Of a DNA stretch of 48,518 nucleotides, positions 37,198 to 48,518 are shown piece by piece. Location of the stretch: positions 195,830 to 244,347 of the forward strand of contig NW_001865055.1 in NCBI RefSeq assembly GCF_000002865.3, written 5' to 3'. Below the pieces are notes generated by a model, which made no database searches, was not told where the DNA came from, and worked only from the letters and a program-made list of their open reading frames with translations. Position 1 is the first letter of the stretch; each line of letters starts with the position of its first letter. Both the position numbers and the translations under genes were made by a program. This DNA is from Monosiga brevicollis MX1. Its lineage: Eukaryota.

Positions 37198-38152
37198 ATG
37201 AGTCAAAAGGAGGAGACAAGCCCAGCACCCGATGCGGTGGACGCGGCTGCGGCCGCCAAGGAGGCCGCCGAGGCTGTCAAGCGCAAGTTTGGAAGCGATG
37301 GCAGCTTTATGGAGCGTTTCAAGCGCATGCAGGCGGCCAAGGCTGCTGCCAATGCAAGCTCGGCTCCTGAGCAACGTGACGCTGTCACACCAGCAGTCCA
37401 AGAGCAAAAGGGGGCTGCAACCGCCAGCGCCCCAGAGACCGACAGCGAAGCAAAGTCCAAGGTTGCTCCGGCTCCAGTTGATCCGGCCAAGGAGAAGGCG
37501 GCTGCAGCCATCGAAGCCAAACGCAAGGCCCTTCGTGTAAGGCTTGACAAGATGCGCTAACCACAACACTTCTCTTCTGTTCTGGTCTGCCCTTGTTTTG
37601 ACTCTTTGTGTGACTCTCTGTGTGCCCGCGCAGCAACGAGTTGTTGCCTGATCTCGCTTGCAAAGGGAAGGGGGTCGTGGGAAGAAGAGGCACCTGCTGT
37701 GGTGTCTGTTGCGTACACAGCCTTTGGGCCACATGTGGGGGGCGACTGACAGATATCAAGGCGGCTGCTTGTTTGGCCTGGTCTGGCGCGATTTTTGTTG
37801 TTCCACCCGTGTGTTCGTCCGTCGTGATTTTTCCCCCCTGTGCCGACGACCACGACTCAACACCCCGAGGTGGCCGATCCGCAGGCGAAATCGTTTGACC
37901 CGTCGACCATGACGAAAAAGTCGAAGCGTGAAGCCAAGAAAGCTCGCGAAGAAGCGGAAAAGGTTAGGGCCCCTATTTGCTGTCGTCTTGTGGATTGAAC
38001 ATGTTTGTCTTCTCCTGCTTTTTCTCTTCTCATGCTTTTGCGTCTCAATCTGGCAGGGTGGCAACGATGCCTGGTCATTGTACATGAAAGAGGTGGAAAA
38101 GTACGAAAATGCCACCTGCAAGGAATACCAACAGGGTGCCATGGTCAAGTAA
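37198..38152 (+). CDS. TRIR: TRIR/C19orf43-like protein
   Basis: Exons 37198-37536, 37885-37962, 38057-38152. FGSDGSFMERFKRM and the terminal DAWSLYMKEVEKYENATC...AMVK* match the C19orf43 motifs F.NDGSF.E.FK and DAW..YM.EV.KY....C.....LVK. Confidence 0.85.
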
Positions 38153-38520
38153 TCCTTGGTCCTTGGTTTGCATGATGTTGGTTTTGATATCACGGACCGG
38201 ACCCAACGCTCTTGTTGGACCCCTGTCGCTTCTTGTTGTATTCCCCGTGGCGCCGTTCCTCTGGCTGGCTCCTTTGAACCAAGCGCGCTGTGCGCGTCAA
38301 TTGCGAGCCACCTGTGCCCTTGTTTTGTTTTGGCGTTTGACTCGATGCGTCTTCGCCCTAGCTCTTCTCGTCAATTGAGCCCGTTCTCGACCGTTGCCCC
38401 CACAATCACCAAAAAAACACAGCTCACCAGCACCTTTTCCCCCTCCCCAAAGCCACATCACCGCTCCTGAACGACACGCTTTCCTTTCCATCATTAATCT
38501 CACGAGGTGACACCTGTCGC

Positions 38521-38728
<208 letters not shown>

Positions 38729-39029
38729 CTCAAACCTCCTTGCCTTACATTTTTCCACTTTGAACAAGCAAGGTCAGTCAGTCAGTGTGTGGCACTCACT
38801 GGCAGCCAGGAGCCCTCTGCGTGTGTGTCCCTCTGTGTGTGTGTGTGTCCCTGTGTGTGTGTGTGTGTCCCTGTGTGTGTGTGTGTGTGTGCCTCGTTTG
38901 GATCAATTCAGGGTGGTCTTGTCTTGTAGACTGGATGGCTGCTGGATGAAGGGGGAGGTGTCTGTCTGCTGTGTACTGATATGGCGCTGGCGGGGCAATG
39001 AATAGGTTGCGGAGCACGACAGGAGCACC

Positions 39030-39558
39030 ATGGCGCATCACATCAACATGACGGTTGGCTCGTTGGTCATGGCCGGCGGCGTGGCTGGTTACATCAAGAA
39101 GCGCTCCAAGGCCTCTTTGTACGTGCTTTGATCGACCAAAGGATGTGCTGTGCTCCATCGGGTGCTCATCAGATCCGCCGGCGCCATCGCATTGACATGG
39201 ACATGCCAGGATTGCTGGCGTGTCGACTGGCTTGATGTATTTTGGCACCGCCTATCTCCTCACTCATGATCAGGAGCAGCTCGGTCACGATCTGGCCGTT
39301 GGCCTCTCCATCGTTCTCGGCGGTGCCATGGCCAAACGGTGCGTCGCACAACAGCAATACGACTCACAGTCCTCGTGTCCAACCCTGCACCACCTGGTAC
39401 AGGCCTCACTTCCGCACAATCCTTGCTGCCATCTACCCGGTAGCGCTGTCACGGCCGGCAAGTTTATGCCTGGTGGCGCCGTTGCCATCCTTGCAGGCGT
39501 TGCTGCCGTTTACAACGCCAACAAGTCGTACGAATGGCGCAACGGCATCTCCTTTTAG
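39030..39558 (+). CDS. TMEM14: TMEM14 family small membrane protein
   Basis: Three exons: MAHHINMTVGSLVMAGGVAGYIKKRSKASL|IAGVSTGLMYFGTAY...GGAMAKR|AVTAGKFMPGGAVAIL...*. GG..GY.K..S..SL.AG and KFMP.G are TMEM14 hallmarks. Confidence 0.92.
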
Positions 39559-39813
39559 ACCCCCTCCCTCCCTCCGTTTTTGCAGACAAACGACATGCTC
39601 CTCGCACCCAGCGTGTCAATCGTGGCCAGGTGCCGCAGCGACAGAAGAATTGAACCCCACTCCTTCCTTTTTTTTTTTTTTTCATGAGTGGATCCTCCCT
39701 CTTGATTGGCTTCTTTAGAGTAGAACTGTGTGCCTGTTTGCTTTAACCCTGAATTAGCTTTCAGCCCCCCTGTGATTGTTCGCCGCCGCCATCATGGTCT
39801 CACGTCCAGTGCA

Positions 39814-41470
39814 TCACTCAAAGACATGCCCTTCCAGAGCCTGCATGAGATCGGCCTCCCACGCCTGTGATTCAGGATGCACCAATGTTAGAAAGGAGCC
39901 CCGAGTACGCTTGAACTCTCCCAGCCCATGCTTGACCCAGTTGCATGCGCACTCACGTCATCAACCTCAATAGCCGCCTCGGACCGGGCCTTGCCGACCT
40001 CGATGCCGTACTTTCGACGATAAATGGCCTTGATGCCCGCGACAATATTGGTGCCCCGCTCGTGGCAGCGACACTTGTCCAGTAGCACGGCAATGTTGCG
40101 GTTCATCTCCACCTGGCACGTCTTGGCCGTCTGCGCACATGCATGTTTCAAAATCAATCGTAACTCAACAAGCCTCCACTCATGTGCCAGTCAGCAAGCC
40201 GCGTTGCAGGCGAGACATTCATACCTTCACGTCTCCCGCCATAAAGGCCTTGTATAGGCGTACGGCCAACTTGGGATGAATGTTGTCTGGCACAGACACG
40301 CGCGTCAAAAAGCAGCACGCAGACATCAGTCAGAAGGGTGTGCAGGGCCACTCAATCCTCAAAACATGGCAACGTACAGGTGCTGCCAATGGCGCCATCG
40401 GACGACATCATGAGACCAGCCCCCATCATCTCGTCGGGGCCAGTCACACAATTGAGCTCGCCATGGCTCAGGTCCACAATCTGCTGAAAGCAGTAAAAGT
40501 TCTTGTCCGTAAACTTGAGTCCAGCAAAGTTGGGCACGGTCTTCATCGCGGCCAAAAACTATCATCAACCCAATCACCGATGCATATCAGCACGGCCAAA
40601 CTAGCCAGTCGGGTGCAGCGTTTGTCGAGCTATACCGTTTCAGGCGTTGACGACGGGTCCACCTGGCCAGCAATCCAGTAGACGTAAAAGGGCAGCTTGG
40701 TGGCACTATCAATGACAACACCGGTGAGAGGGTGGGCAGTTGGAAAAAAAGAAAAGGGTGCCTGTGTCTGTGGCCCCCCGTCGATCAAGCTCGTGCAGCT
40801 TACCCCGCCACCGTTTGCCAGTACGTGGTCGCGTTTTTCAGCGAGGGCGCCTGGCCTGGAGGCATGACTGCAGATATGGTCAAGATTTGAGAGGCGTAGC
40901 AAATACCCACGCTGCACACAGTAGTGTCTGACCCATCAGCTGGAATCAAGAAGGACAAGCATGAACGACATACTGCTGGATACGGCATGTGCCCCAACGC
41001 TTTCAGCATGCTGGGCCAGCGCCACAGCGTCCTCGACATTGGCAGAAGCCACCATGACAACGACGGGCAACTACCAGAGCCACAGCATGCCCTCGTGATT
41101 TCATGCCCAAAACTGGAGCTGGGGCAAGACCAAAAGCCAGGCTGGCCCCATAGCAGGTGGCGGAAGAGAACAGATCACGTACTGTCGAGTTGTGCTTTTT
41201 TAGGCTGTCCATTGTCGCAGCCGTCATGGCCTGGGTTGGCCAAGTCGTTTGCACACAAAGAGAGGTGAGAAGAGGCTCATCCATGCAGCTGGAATTTGCT
41301 GAACCCCCGGTATCCCGCGAGATCGGGCCTACCTGGCGCTCGGCAACGGTGCAGACCAGACCCTCCCCCGTGGAACCGCAAAGGTAAAAGCCACACACGC
41401 CAGCGGCAATGTGGAACTACGACGCATTCCGATCCAGCACGGCCCAAAGATATGCGTACGCGCGAGTGAA

Positions 41471-41525
<55 letters not shown>

Positions 41526-41766
41526 ACACAGGTGCGAATACAGCTCCAGCTGGGCAGCTCGCGGTAGTCTCTGAACTCACACACACACCTGGACCATGGC
41601 ATCCACAGCCACTACATCAACCTGATTGTCGGCTGTGAAGGGAGTCACCAAAGCAGGTGCGATACCCTGAATGGATCACATGCCGAGTAAAATCAGAGTG
41701 CCAACATGCCCAGCGCGCCACACCCCAGCAAGCCATCGAGCCAACCTGAAGCAGCTTGGTCGCCAT
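39814..41766 (-). CDS. N-acetylneuraminate lyase-like class I aldolase (DHDPS/NAL family), multi-exon
   Basis: Exons encode GIAPALVTPF, GFYLCGSTGEG, LPFYVYWIA, FAGLKFTD (Schiff-base Lys), GPDEM and DGAIGST|YN. The GxDE and GSTYN motifs are typical of NAL rather than DHDPS. Confidence 0.85.
41476..41522. repeat. (GT)n microsatellite (intronic)
   Basis: Directly visible. Confidence 0.95.
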
Positions 41767-42002
41767 GACTGCAAAAGCTATCACACACAGAGTCACCCGT
41801 AACATGAGCACATTGACACCCCATGTAACCGCTTCACCTCTGATCCTGATGCCCCAGCCATCCACTGACCCCCTGCATTCAGATTTGATCCGCACTGGCC
41901 TCGATACATCCGCCCTCCCTGCTCTGCCCTCCCTCCATCACTCAAATCACTGAAGAGACCTATATATGTCCACTTACTTTGTTAATGAAAAAAAAAATGG
42001 CT

Positions 42003-42004
<2 letters not shown>

Positions 42005-42067
<63 letters not shown>
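42005..42067. repeat. (CA)n microsatellite
   Basis: Directly visible. Confidence 0.95.
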
Positions 42068-42069
<2 letters not shown>

Positions 42070-42222
42070 TTTCATGGCTTTGAATGCTTCTGCCTTAGCT
42101 TGATCTTGGCACAGGTACATGGAACTCTTGACCTGATGTGGAACAGCTATTAGCGAGCCAGTGGGTGGAGCAGAGGGGTCAGGAGTCGGGGATAAATTAC
42201 TATGATCAGAAAATTTTAGCGC

Positions 42223-42579
42223 TCACAAGCTGCTCTCGTCCGTGGGCTCTTCAAAATCGATGTTGCGTGACACGGTCTGATGTGTGAGCTGTGATTGAGC
42301 GGATTGCGCAGCCTCCTGCACCTCGCGTGCCGAGGGACGTGACCCATAATTTGGATGCCACATGGCTATTAGTGTACGGCCAAACGCTGGCGGAATAGCT
42401 GTGGTGTCCAACCGGCGTCCCGCAGTTAGAAACTCTAACAACATTTGCAGCGAGAGACTCCCGTAAGGCGTGGTACCACCATGAAAAATCTACCCACAGT
42501 TGTGAAATGCCAAAAAAGACAAGTAGCTTCATGAGCCAATTGAACCAAAGTGAAACATGCGGGCGCAGAGGATCGGGGC

Positions 42580-42612
<33 letters not shown>

Positions 42613-45600
42613 CGTCGACCTAAGACACATCGGCCAAACACTCACGCACCTCCCAGGCGGTGACGCCAAGGGACCAGACATCCGACTCTGGAGAGAAACG
42701 TGCCAATGAAAGCGTTTCGAGTGCCATCCACCTAGAACACGCCAGCTAGCCGTGAGCAAGTGTCATCGCGCGTGCCTTCCTGTCAAAAGGGTCGAGCAAG
42801 ACGCGGCTCTCGAAAAAACAATAGCAAAACTCCAGACCGAAATGGCATGTCCTCCATGCTGACGGCTCGGTAGTAGTTCTGCGCGTTAGCTATGTATCGA
42901 CCCACTGCAAACATCCCACCACAATCAAAAGCACGCCACGCCCTCGGTGAGACCAAGTCTTCAAAACATTAGCGGCATTTGGGACTGTCAATTCAACCAT
43001 GCCGCCGCTGTCTCGCCGCTCTGCGCCCGTTGAACCCGGGCACTTACAGCCAAAATCGGCCAGCTTGGCCAGAGGCCCCTGTGTTGGATGAGAAAAGAGT
43101 AACACGTTTCGACAGGCCATGTCACGATGCACCAGACGACAGTCGTGCACATGCTGAAGACCCGCGGCCACTTGCGCAATCCAAGCCAGCTGGCAAAATG
43201 GCCCGGAACCAAGGTCAGAGGGTAAAACAAAGAGTTCTTCTATTTGGGCTGCTAAAATATCGACACGAACCGCTTGAGTTGCGACTGGGGGCTGCTTGGT
43301 TTGCCGCAAGAAGCTCCGCAGATCACCGATATCAGAATACTCGAGCACCAGCGCGATGGGAAAGCTGCTTGACGCGTGGCATCGGGTATACGGCCCACGT
43401 GAATCGCGTTTGTGTCGTGAGCAGGATGCATACGAGCAAACAAACAAACAAACAAACAAATAAAAAGATTTCCATCCGTGCACGGTCAAGCCATCTTGGA
43501 GTTGGCAAGGAGAAAAGGGCCAAGCAGGGAACGAGAGGCGCACCTGTCGTGAACAGCTGCAAGCAGGCGCACAACATTGGGATGGTCGCCAACCACGTGC
43601 ATCAACGCCGCTTCCATCATGATGGATTTGTAATCTTGTATCTGCATGCCATCAAAGGCCTTCAATGCGACCTTGGTCTGTGCCAATTTGGCTGCAGGAA
43701 GAGGAATGGCCTGATGAACGGTGCCAAAGTGCCCTTGACCGAGCAGCGGTCCCAAACGCAGATCAGATCTATGACGCAACCACAGGCATGGTCAGTTCTC
43801 GAGAAGATGGGCAGTCTTGATGCCCGACAGACTACACAATGATGGCACACGCATCAACTACCGACAGACCGAGAAAGCATGGCCAAGGGTTGTTGTCCAC
43901 GCTCAGTTCCGTGGTGGTTTGGAAGGTGCTGATTGAGTTCAGCTATGCAAAGCTCGAGCTGCAGCGCCGAAGACATGCCCACCGAAGCTTCGAGACCAGA
44001 TTCGAGCCGATTGTGCATGGGTCGATGTCGTCGACTCGCCCACACCATCACCACNNNNNNNNNNNNNNNNNNNNNNNNNNNNNNNNNNNNNNNNNNNNNN
44101 NNNNNNNNNNNNNNNNNNNNNNNNNNNNNNNNNNNNNNNNNNNNNNNNNNNNNNNNNNNNNNNNNNNNNNNNNNNNNNNNNNNNNNNNNNNNNNNNNNNN
44201 NNNNGGGGGGGGGGGGGGGGCACACGTACAAGTTATTGGCTGCCCAACTGATGCGATTGGTGGAGGCAAAAACGGCAATGATGTCTGGTCGGTCATCTTG
44301 ATTCACATCTCCAATAAAAAGCTGATGGATTTCATCGCTGTATACGCCAGCCGCCACGGCCTCGGCAAATGTGCCCCCGCCGAGATTGCGAAACCAGACA
44401 ACCTGGGGAAAATATGGGACAGCACATACAATGTCGACCCTTCCATCGCGATCCAGATCAACACCACGCACCGAGGCAATGCCCGTATCGTTGAGACTCG
44501 AGGTGGTGAGGACAACGGGTTGGAACGAAGCACTGCCGCGATTGTGATACCATACGATCCGATCATCAAGCGTATTAACGGCGAGAACATCCAAGTAGCC
44601 GTCCTGGTCCAGATCTGCAGTGTCGATCGCCCCCAAGCCGTCGGCCTCGTGGGTGATCACCTGTGGATTGGTCGAGAAGTGCCCTGCACCCTCGTTGATA
44701 AACCAAGCCAAAGTACGAGTCTGGGCGCACGCACAAAGAACGTCAACGTCCCCGTCATTGTCCAGATCGGCGGCATGAATGGCGACGACGCCGTCGGCCA
44801 GCAGTGTGACAGGCTCCGAGTCGAATTGCTGGTTGGACAGCTGTCGATGCCAGGTGACGCGCCCTGTGCCATGATGGGCCACGAGCACGTCCAACCGCCC
44901 ATCGTCGTCGAGGTCGTGAACCTGGACATCAATCGGGTCAGCTGCGTCGGTGAGCAGGGCGTGGCGTGCAAAGGTACCATTGCCAAGATTTTGAAACCAG
45001 AGCACTTTGTCAGCCTTGCGGCCTGCGGCCACGACATCAGCTTGGCCATCGCTGTTGAGGTCGTGAATCAGCACTACGCTCGCACCCTTGAGGTCAGTTT
45101 CCAGCACAGTTTGCTGCTGAAAGCTGCCATCGCCTGGATTGCGATACCAAGCAATCTTAGCATCATCATGGCTTGCGCTGGCCAAGTCGGGAATACCATC
45201 ATTGTCTAGGTCCCCAAGGGCGATGGCGCGCGGGCTCTGTACCATGTCCGCAAAGACGAGCTGCTCCGTAAACTCCAAATTACCGTCGTTGCGGTACCAA
45301 TAAAAAAAGGGGGCGTCGGAGCCTCCGGCCACGATGTCCAAGTCACCATCATCATCAAGATCAGCAGCTATGGGGATGTTGGGCGCAAATTTGCTACTGG
45401 CAATCTCAACTGGTAGGGCAAATCCACCCGTGCCGTTGTTTTGAAGGCAGTATATGGAGCCACGGCTGGAGTCAACCACAATGGCATCGGGAAAGTCATC
45501 CCCATTGACATCAGCAAGTACTACGCTGTGAGCGGATCGGAGATCTGAGGATGGGTAGATATACTCGGTAAAGTTGCCGTTGCCTTTGTTGAGGAGCCAG

Positions 45601-46436
45601 CCAACGTAGTTGTTCGAGTCCATGAGCACGACCAGGTCTTCATCGCCGTCCTGGTCAATATCGGCGTGGGCTAGAAACGTGGGCTTGGAATGATTGAGAA
45701 AAAAGAGTTCTGGGGCGGCAAAGTGGTCCTGGGCGTCGACGGCGCGGTAGAGCTGAAGCTGATAGACATCCGTGAGAGCCACAAAAATATCCAAGAGGCC
45801 ATCACCATCAAAGTCAGCCAGAACGGCATGTTCGGCCGAGGTGGCCGTGGTGCTGATGCGTCGGCGCTCTAGAAAATAACCTGTGCCGTTGTTGCGAAGC
45901 CAAGACAAGCTGTTGTCACCTTCGCTGACGACAAGGACGTCTAAAGCCCCGTCGCGGTCCATATCCACGGGCAGTGCAAGGCGTGGTTCTTGGTAGGTGG
46001 CGGAAAGCGTTTGAAGGGGACTAAAAGTTTGTGGATTTTCGCGTTGCTGATACCAACCTATCATATTGTACACCACTGCGACTGACACAACATCTGGCTT
46101 TCCATCGTTGTCGAGGTCAGCAACAGCAAGAACAGGTGGAGAATTTGATGCGCCGTTGACCACATGCTGTACTCCAAAGGATGCTGAGCCATTAGCAAGA
46201 TGGTTCGGATACCATGCCACCACGCTGATGGCTCGACTGGAAGCAACCAAGTCCAAGTCGCCGTCACCATCGATGTCACTAGCTGTGACACTCACGGGTC
46301 CCAAGACGCCGTGTGTGACGGCAGTGACTGGCCACACTGCCGTGCCCTGACCAAGAGAACCGGGCAATAGCTGGCACATCAAGAAGAGTGCAAGCAGCCC
46401 TGCCCGGCCCCGCACGCCGCTGCTACTCTTGAGCAT
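42223..46436 (-). CDS. Receptor tyrosine kinase with FG-GAP/VCBS-repeat ectodomain (FGTK-like)
   Basis: Signal peptide; 14 DxD/NxDGxxD-type repeats with (I/V)xWYxN strands; TM segment probably hidden in the N gap (...VVMVWASRRHR after it). Spliced kinase: LSR|SDLRLGPLLGQGHFG, VALK, HPNVVRL, HRDMACRN, DFGLGRYIANAQNYYR, MPFRWMALE, SDVWSLGV; ends ESSL*. Confidence 0.92.
44055..44204. other. Assembly gap (150 N) next to a 16-G homopolymer
   Basis: Run of N in the sequence. Confidence 1.
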
Positions 46437-46817
46437 GGTCGTTGGCACGGTCGAGCGCAGCACTGGTCAAAAAGGACTAGCACAAGGCCTCAAGTGACAG
46501 GCCCAGAAAGCCCAAGGGTTGAGGGCTTGAACAAGGGCATGCATGCATTATCCCACCTGCCGAGCACCACGAGGTATATGCCGACCGTGCATGGCAGCTG
46601 CCTGGAAAAGACAACACACCAAGCCAGCCCACAAATCCTACCAAGCCCCTATCACACCCAGCAATGTAGCACCAGAGATCACATCCAACTTCCCCCCCGT
46701 CGCACAGCAAGATCCACCCAGCCCCAAGCCCCAAGCCCAGCCGTTCGGATCGAGCGGAGCGAACGAGCAACCGAGCCAGCAGCGCTCGTGTTCCGTTGCT
46801 GCCTTGCGTCAAAATAC

Positions 46818-46825
46818 GCACACAC

Positions 46826-46870
<45 letters not shown>
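46818..46870. repeat. (CA)n microsatellite
   Basis: Directly visible. Confidence 0.95.
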
Positions 46871-46871
<1 letters not shown>

Positions 46872-46873
<2 letters not shown>

Positions 46874-46994
46874 TTTTGACAAAACTTCTGACAATTGATC
46901 TGACAATTGATCTGACAGTATTGTCTGACAAAGCAGTTGTTTCATTGAACGCAAAAGGTGAAGACGGAATGTCTGACAAATAATGTTTGACAAG
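46872..46994 (+). promoter_or_regulatory. Cluster of seven TGACA motifs in the divergent RTK/SF3A2 intergenic region
   Basis: TGACA at 46877, 46889, 46901, 46913, 46926, 46974 and 46988. The regulatory role is inferred from position only. Confidence 0.45.
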
Positions 46995-47254
46995 TTTGCT
47001 CCGGATATTTTTCGTCACTTTCCTCATTCGGGGCAAAAGCGCGAGAGAGCACGTCGTGGTGCATCCTCGGTGCGGAAATACGGCAGACGCCTGCATCTTG
47101 ATCGGGCGCTGGAGAAGGGCTGGGTACACTGAAGCTACAGGAACACATCAACGTCCAGCACTTGGACTTTGTGTGTTTGAATCTGCCGGAACCGTATTGC
47201 TACGAGTGAGCAGCTCTTTCTTTCCGCGTTGACCTTTGTCGGGGACCAGCCACC

Positions 47255-48518
47255 ATGGATTTTCAGAACCGTGTCGGTCACAAGACCGGATCCGGCTATG
47301 CATCATGGGACGATGCCAACCGCATGCGCAAGGAGCGCCTCATGGCCTTGGCCATGGAAACCATCGATCTCGCCAAGGTTCGTTTTGTTCTTTTGATGCG
47401 ACGCCTGGCTCAAACGTGTGTGTGCAGGCAGCGGCATTTGGGATCAGCAGGCCCGACCTGTGCCCTCTAATTTGCCGCATTCCTCCTTGCCGCATTCCTC
47501 CTTGCCGCACTTCAGGACCCCTACTTTATGCGTAACCACATTGGCAAGTATGAGTGCAAGCTTTGCTTGACCCTTCACAACAACGAGGGCAGCTACCTCG
47601 CGCACACTCAGGGCAAGAAGCATCAGGAAAACTTGTGCGTGCCTTTGTACTGAGTCCCTAAAAAGTCTTTTCGTTGCTTGTGCTGCTACTCTTTTTGGGA
47701 GTTCAGTCGCTCACACGGTCTGAACGTACGGGTTTTGGTGACGCACAGGCGCAAGCGTGCTGCCAAGGACGCCACAGACGCCCCTGCTCTGCCCGCAGAG
47801 GTAAAGCTCTCTTCTCGGCACAACCCAGCCCATGCCCTGTTCCGCTTGCGTGGCGCCCTTCTTGCTTACCACGAATTTCCATGCTTGTGACAGCAACAAC
47901 AACAATACGAACTGAAAAAGTTCATCAAGATTGGTCGCCCGGGCTACAAGGGTGTGTTGAACCCCTGGTGTTGTTGGATTCAAATTCAAATGCTGCTGGC
48001 TGCTGTGGCTCATGCGTGCGTGACAAACGGGCCATCTTCGCAGTGACCAAGCAGCAGGACCCGGATAACGGAGCCTATTCCCTCCTGTTCCAGGTTGATT
48101 ATCCAGAGATTGCAGAGGGTGTGACGCCCCGCCACCGCTTCATGTCGGCCTATGAGCAACGTCGCGAAGCGCCAGACCGCAATTACCAATTTCTGCTCTT
48201 TGCCGCCGAGCCCTACGAGACGATTGCCTTCAAGGTCAGCCGTCCGAGCCTCCCTGTTGACTGCTCTGGATTGAGGCTGGAGTCTGTGTTTTGCGTGCCC
48301 TGACCTGTGTCCCTCACGCCTTGTCCATCGTTGCTTTTTTGATTTGATTTTTTGGACAGTTGCAATCGCGAGACGTCGACGACAGCAAAGGCAAGCTGTG
48401 GACCCGCTGGGACGCAGACGGCAAGCGCTTTTTCCTGCAGCTTCAGTTCAAGCCCGACGCCCAACTACCTGCCTTTGCCCGCTCTGGCTTTGCCGCCCGC
48501 CCGCCCATGGCAGGCAAC
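47255..48518 (+). CDS. SF3A2: Splicing factor 3A subunit 2 (SF3a66/Prp11), 3' end outside window
   Basis: MDFQNRVGHKTGSG...RKERLMALAMETIDLAK|DPYFMRNHIGKYECKLCLTLHNNEGSYLAHTQGKKHQENL...KIGRPGYK|VTKQ...LLFQVDYPEI...PRHRFMSAYEQ...AAEPYETIAFK. Confidence 0.97.

Noticed and set aside
43839..45209. 456-aa plus-strand ORF
   Set aside because: Antisense to the FG-GAP ectodomain and kept open artificially by the N gap.

Overview
Intron-rich, gene-dense eukaryotic DNA with short GT-AG introns and many (GA)n/(CA)n microsatellites. An FG-GAP receptor tyrosine kinase, a Shc-type PTB protein and this intron style suggest a choanoflagellate such as Monosiga; this is inference, not confirmed. All gene models were spliced by hand from the sequence. 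In order: TBCA (5' truncated), TRAPPC11, a tandem array of six paralogous four-exon genes for secreted, Cys-rich and mostly Asp-rich proteins with a GPI-signal-like C-terminus (7.9-19.4 kb; family not recognised), an EF-hand rhomboid protease, a Zn-ribbon plus bacterial-PH-like protein, a Shc-like PTB adaptor with a Tyr-rich tail and no SH2, CMC2, a small CX2CX17CX2C orphan, a p24/TMED protein, an apparently intronless CDADC1-like deaminase, TRIR/C19orf43, TMEM14, an N-acetylneuraminate lyase-like aldolase, an FG-GAP receptor tyrosine kinase (assembly gap over its likely TM helix) and SF3A2 (3' truncated). The best candidate for an undescribed system is the six-gene acidic surface-protein array, which shares an upstream motif and lies directly downstream of the EF-hand rhomboid. 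Clustered TGACA motifs in divergent intergenic regions are a second unexplained signal. No rRNA, tRNA, CRISPR array or transposase was recognised.
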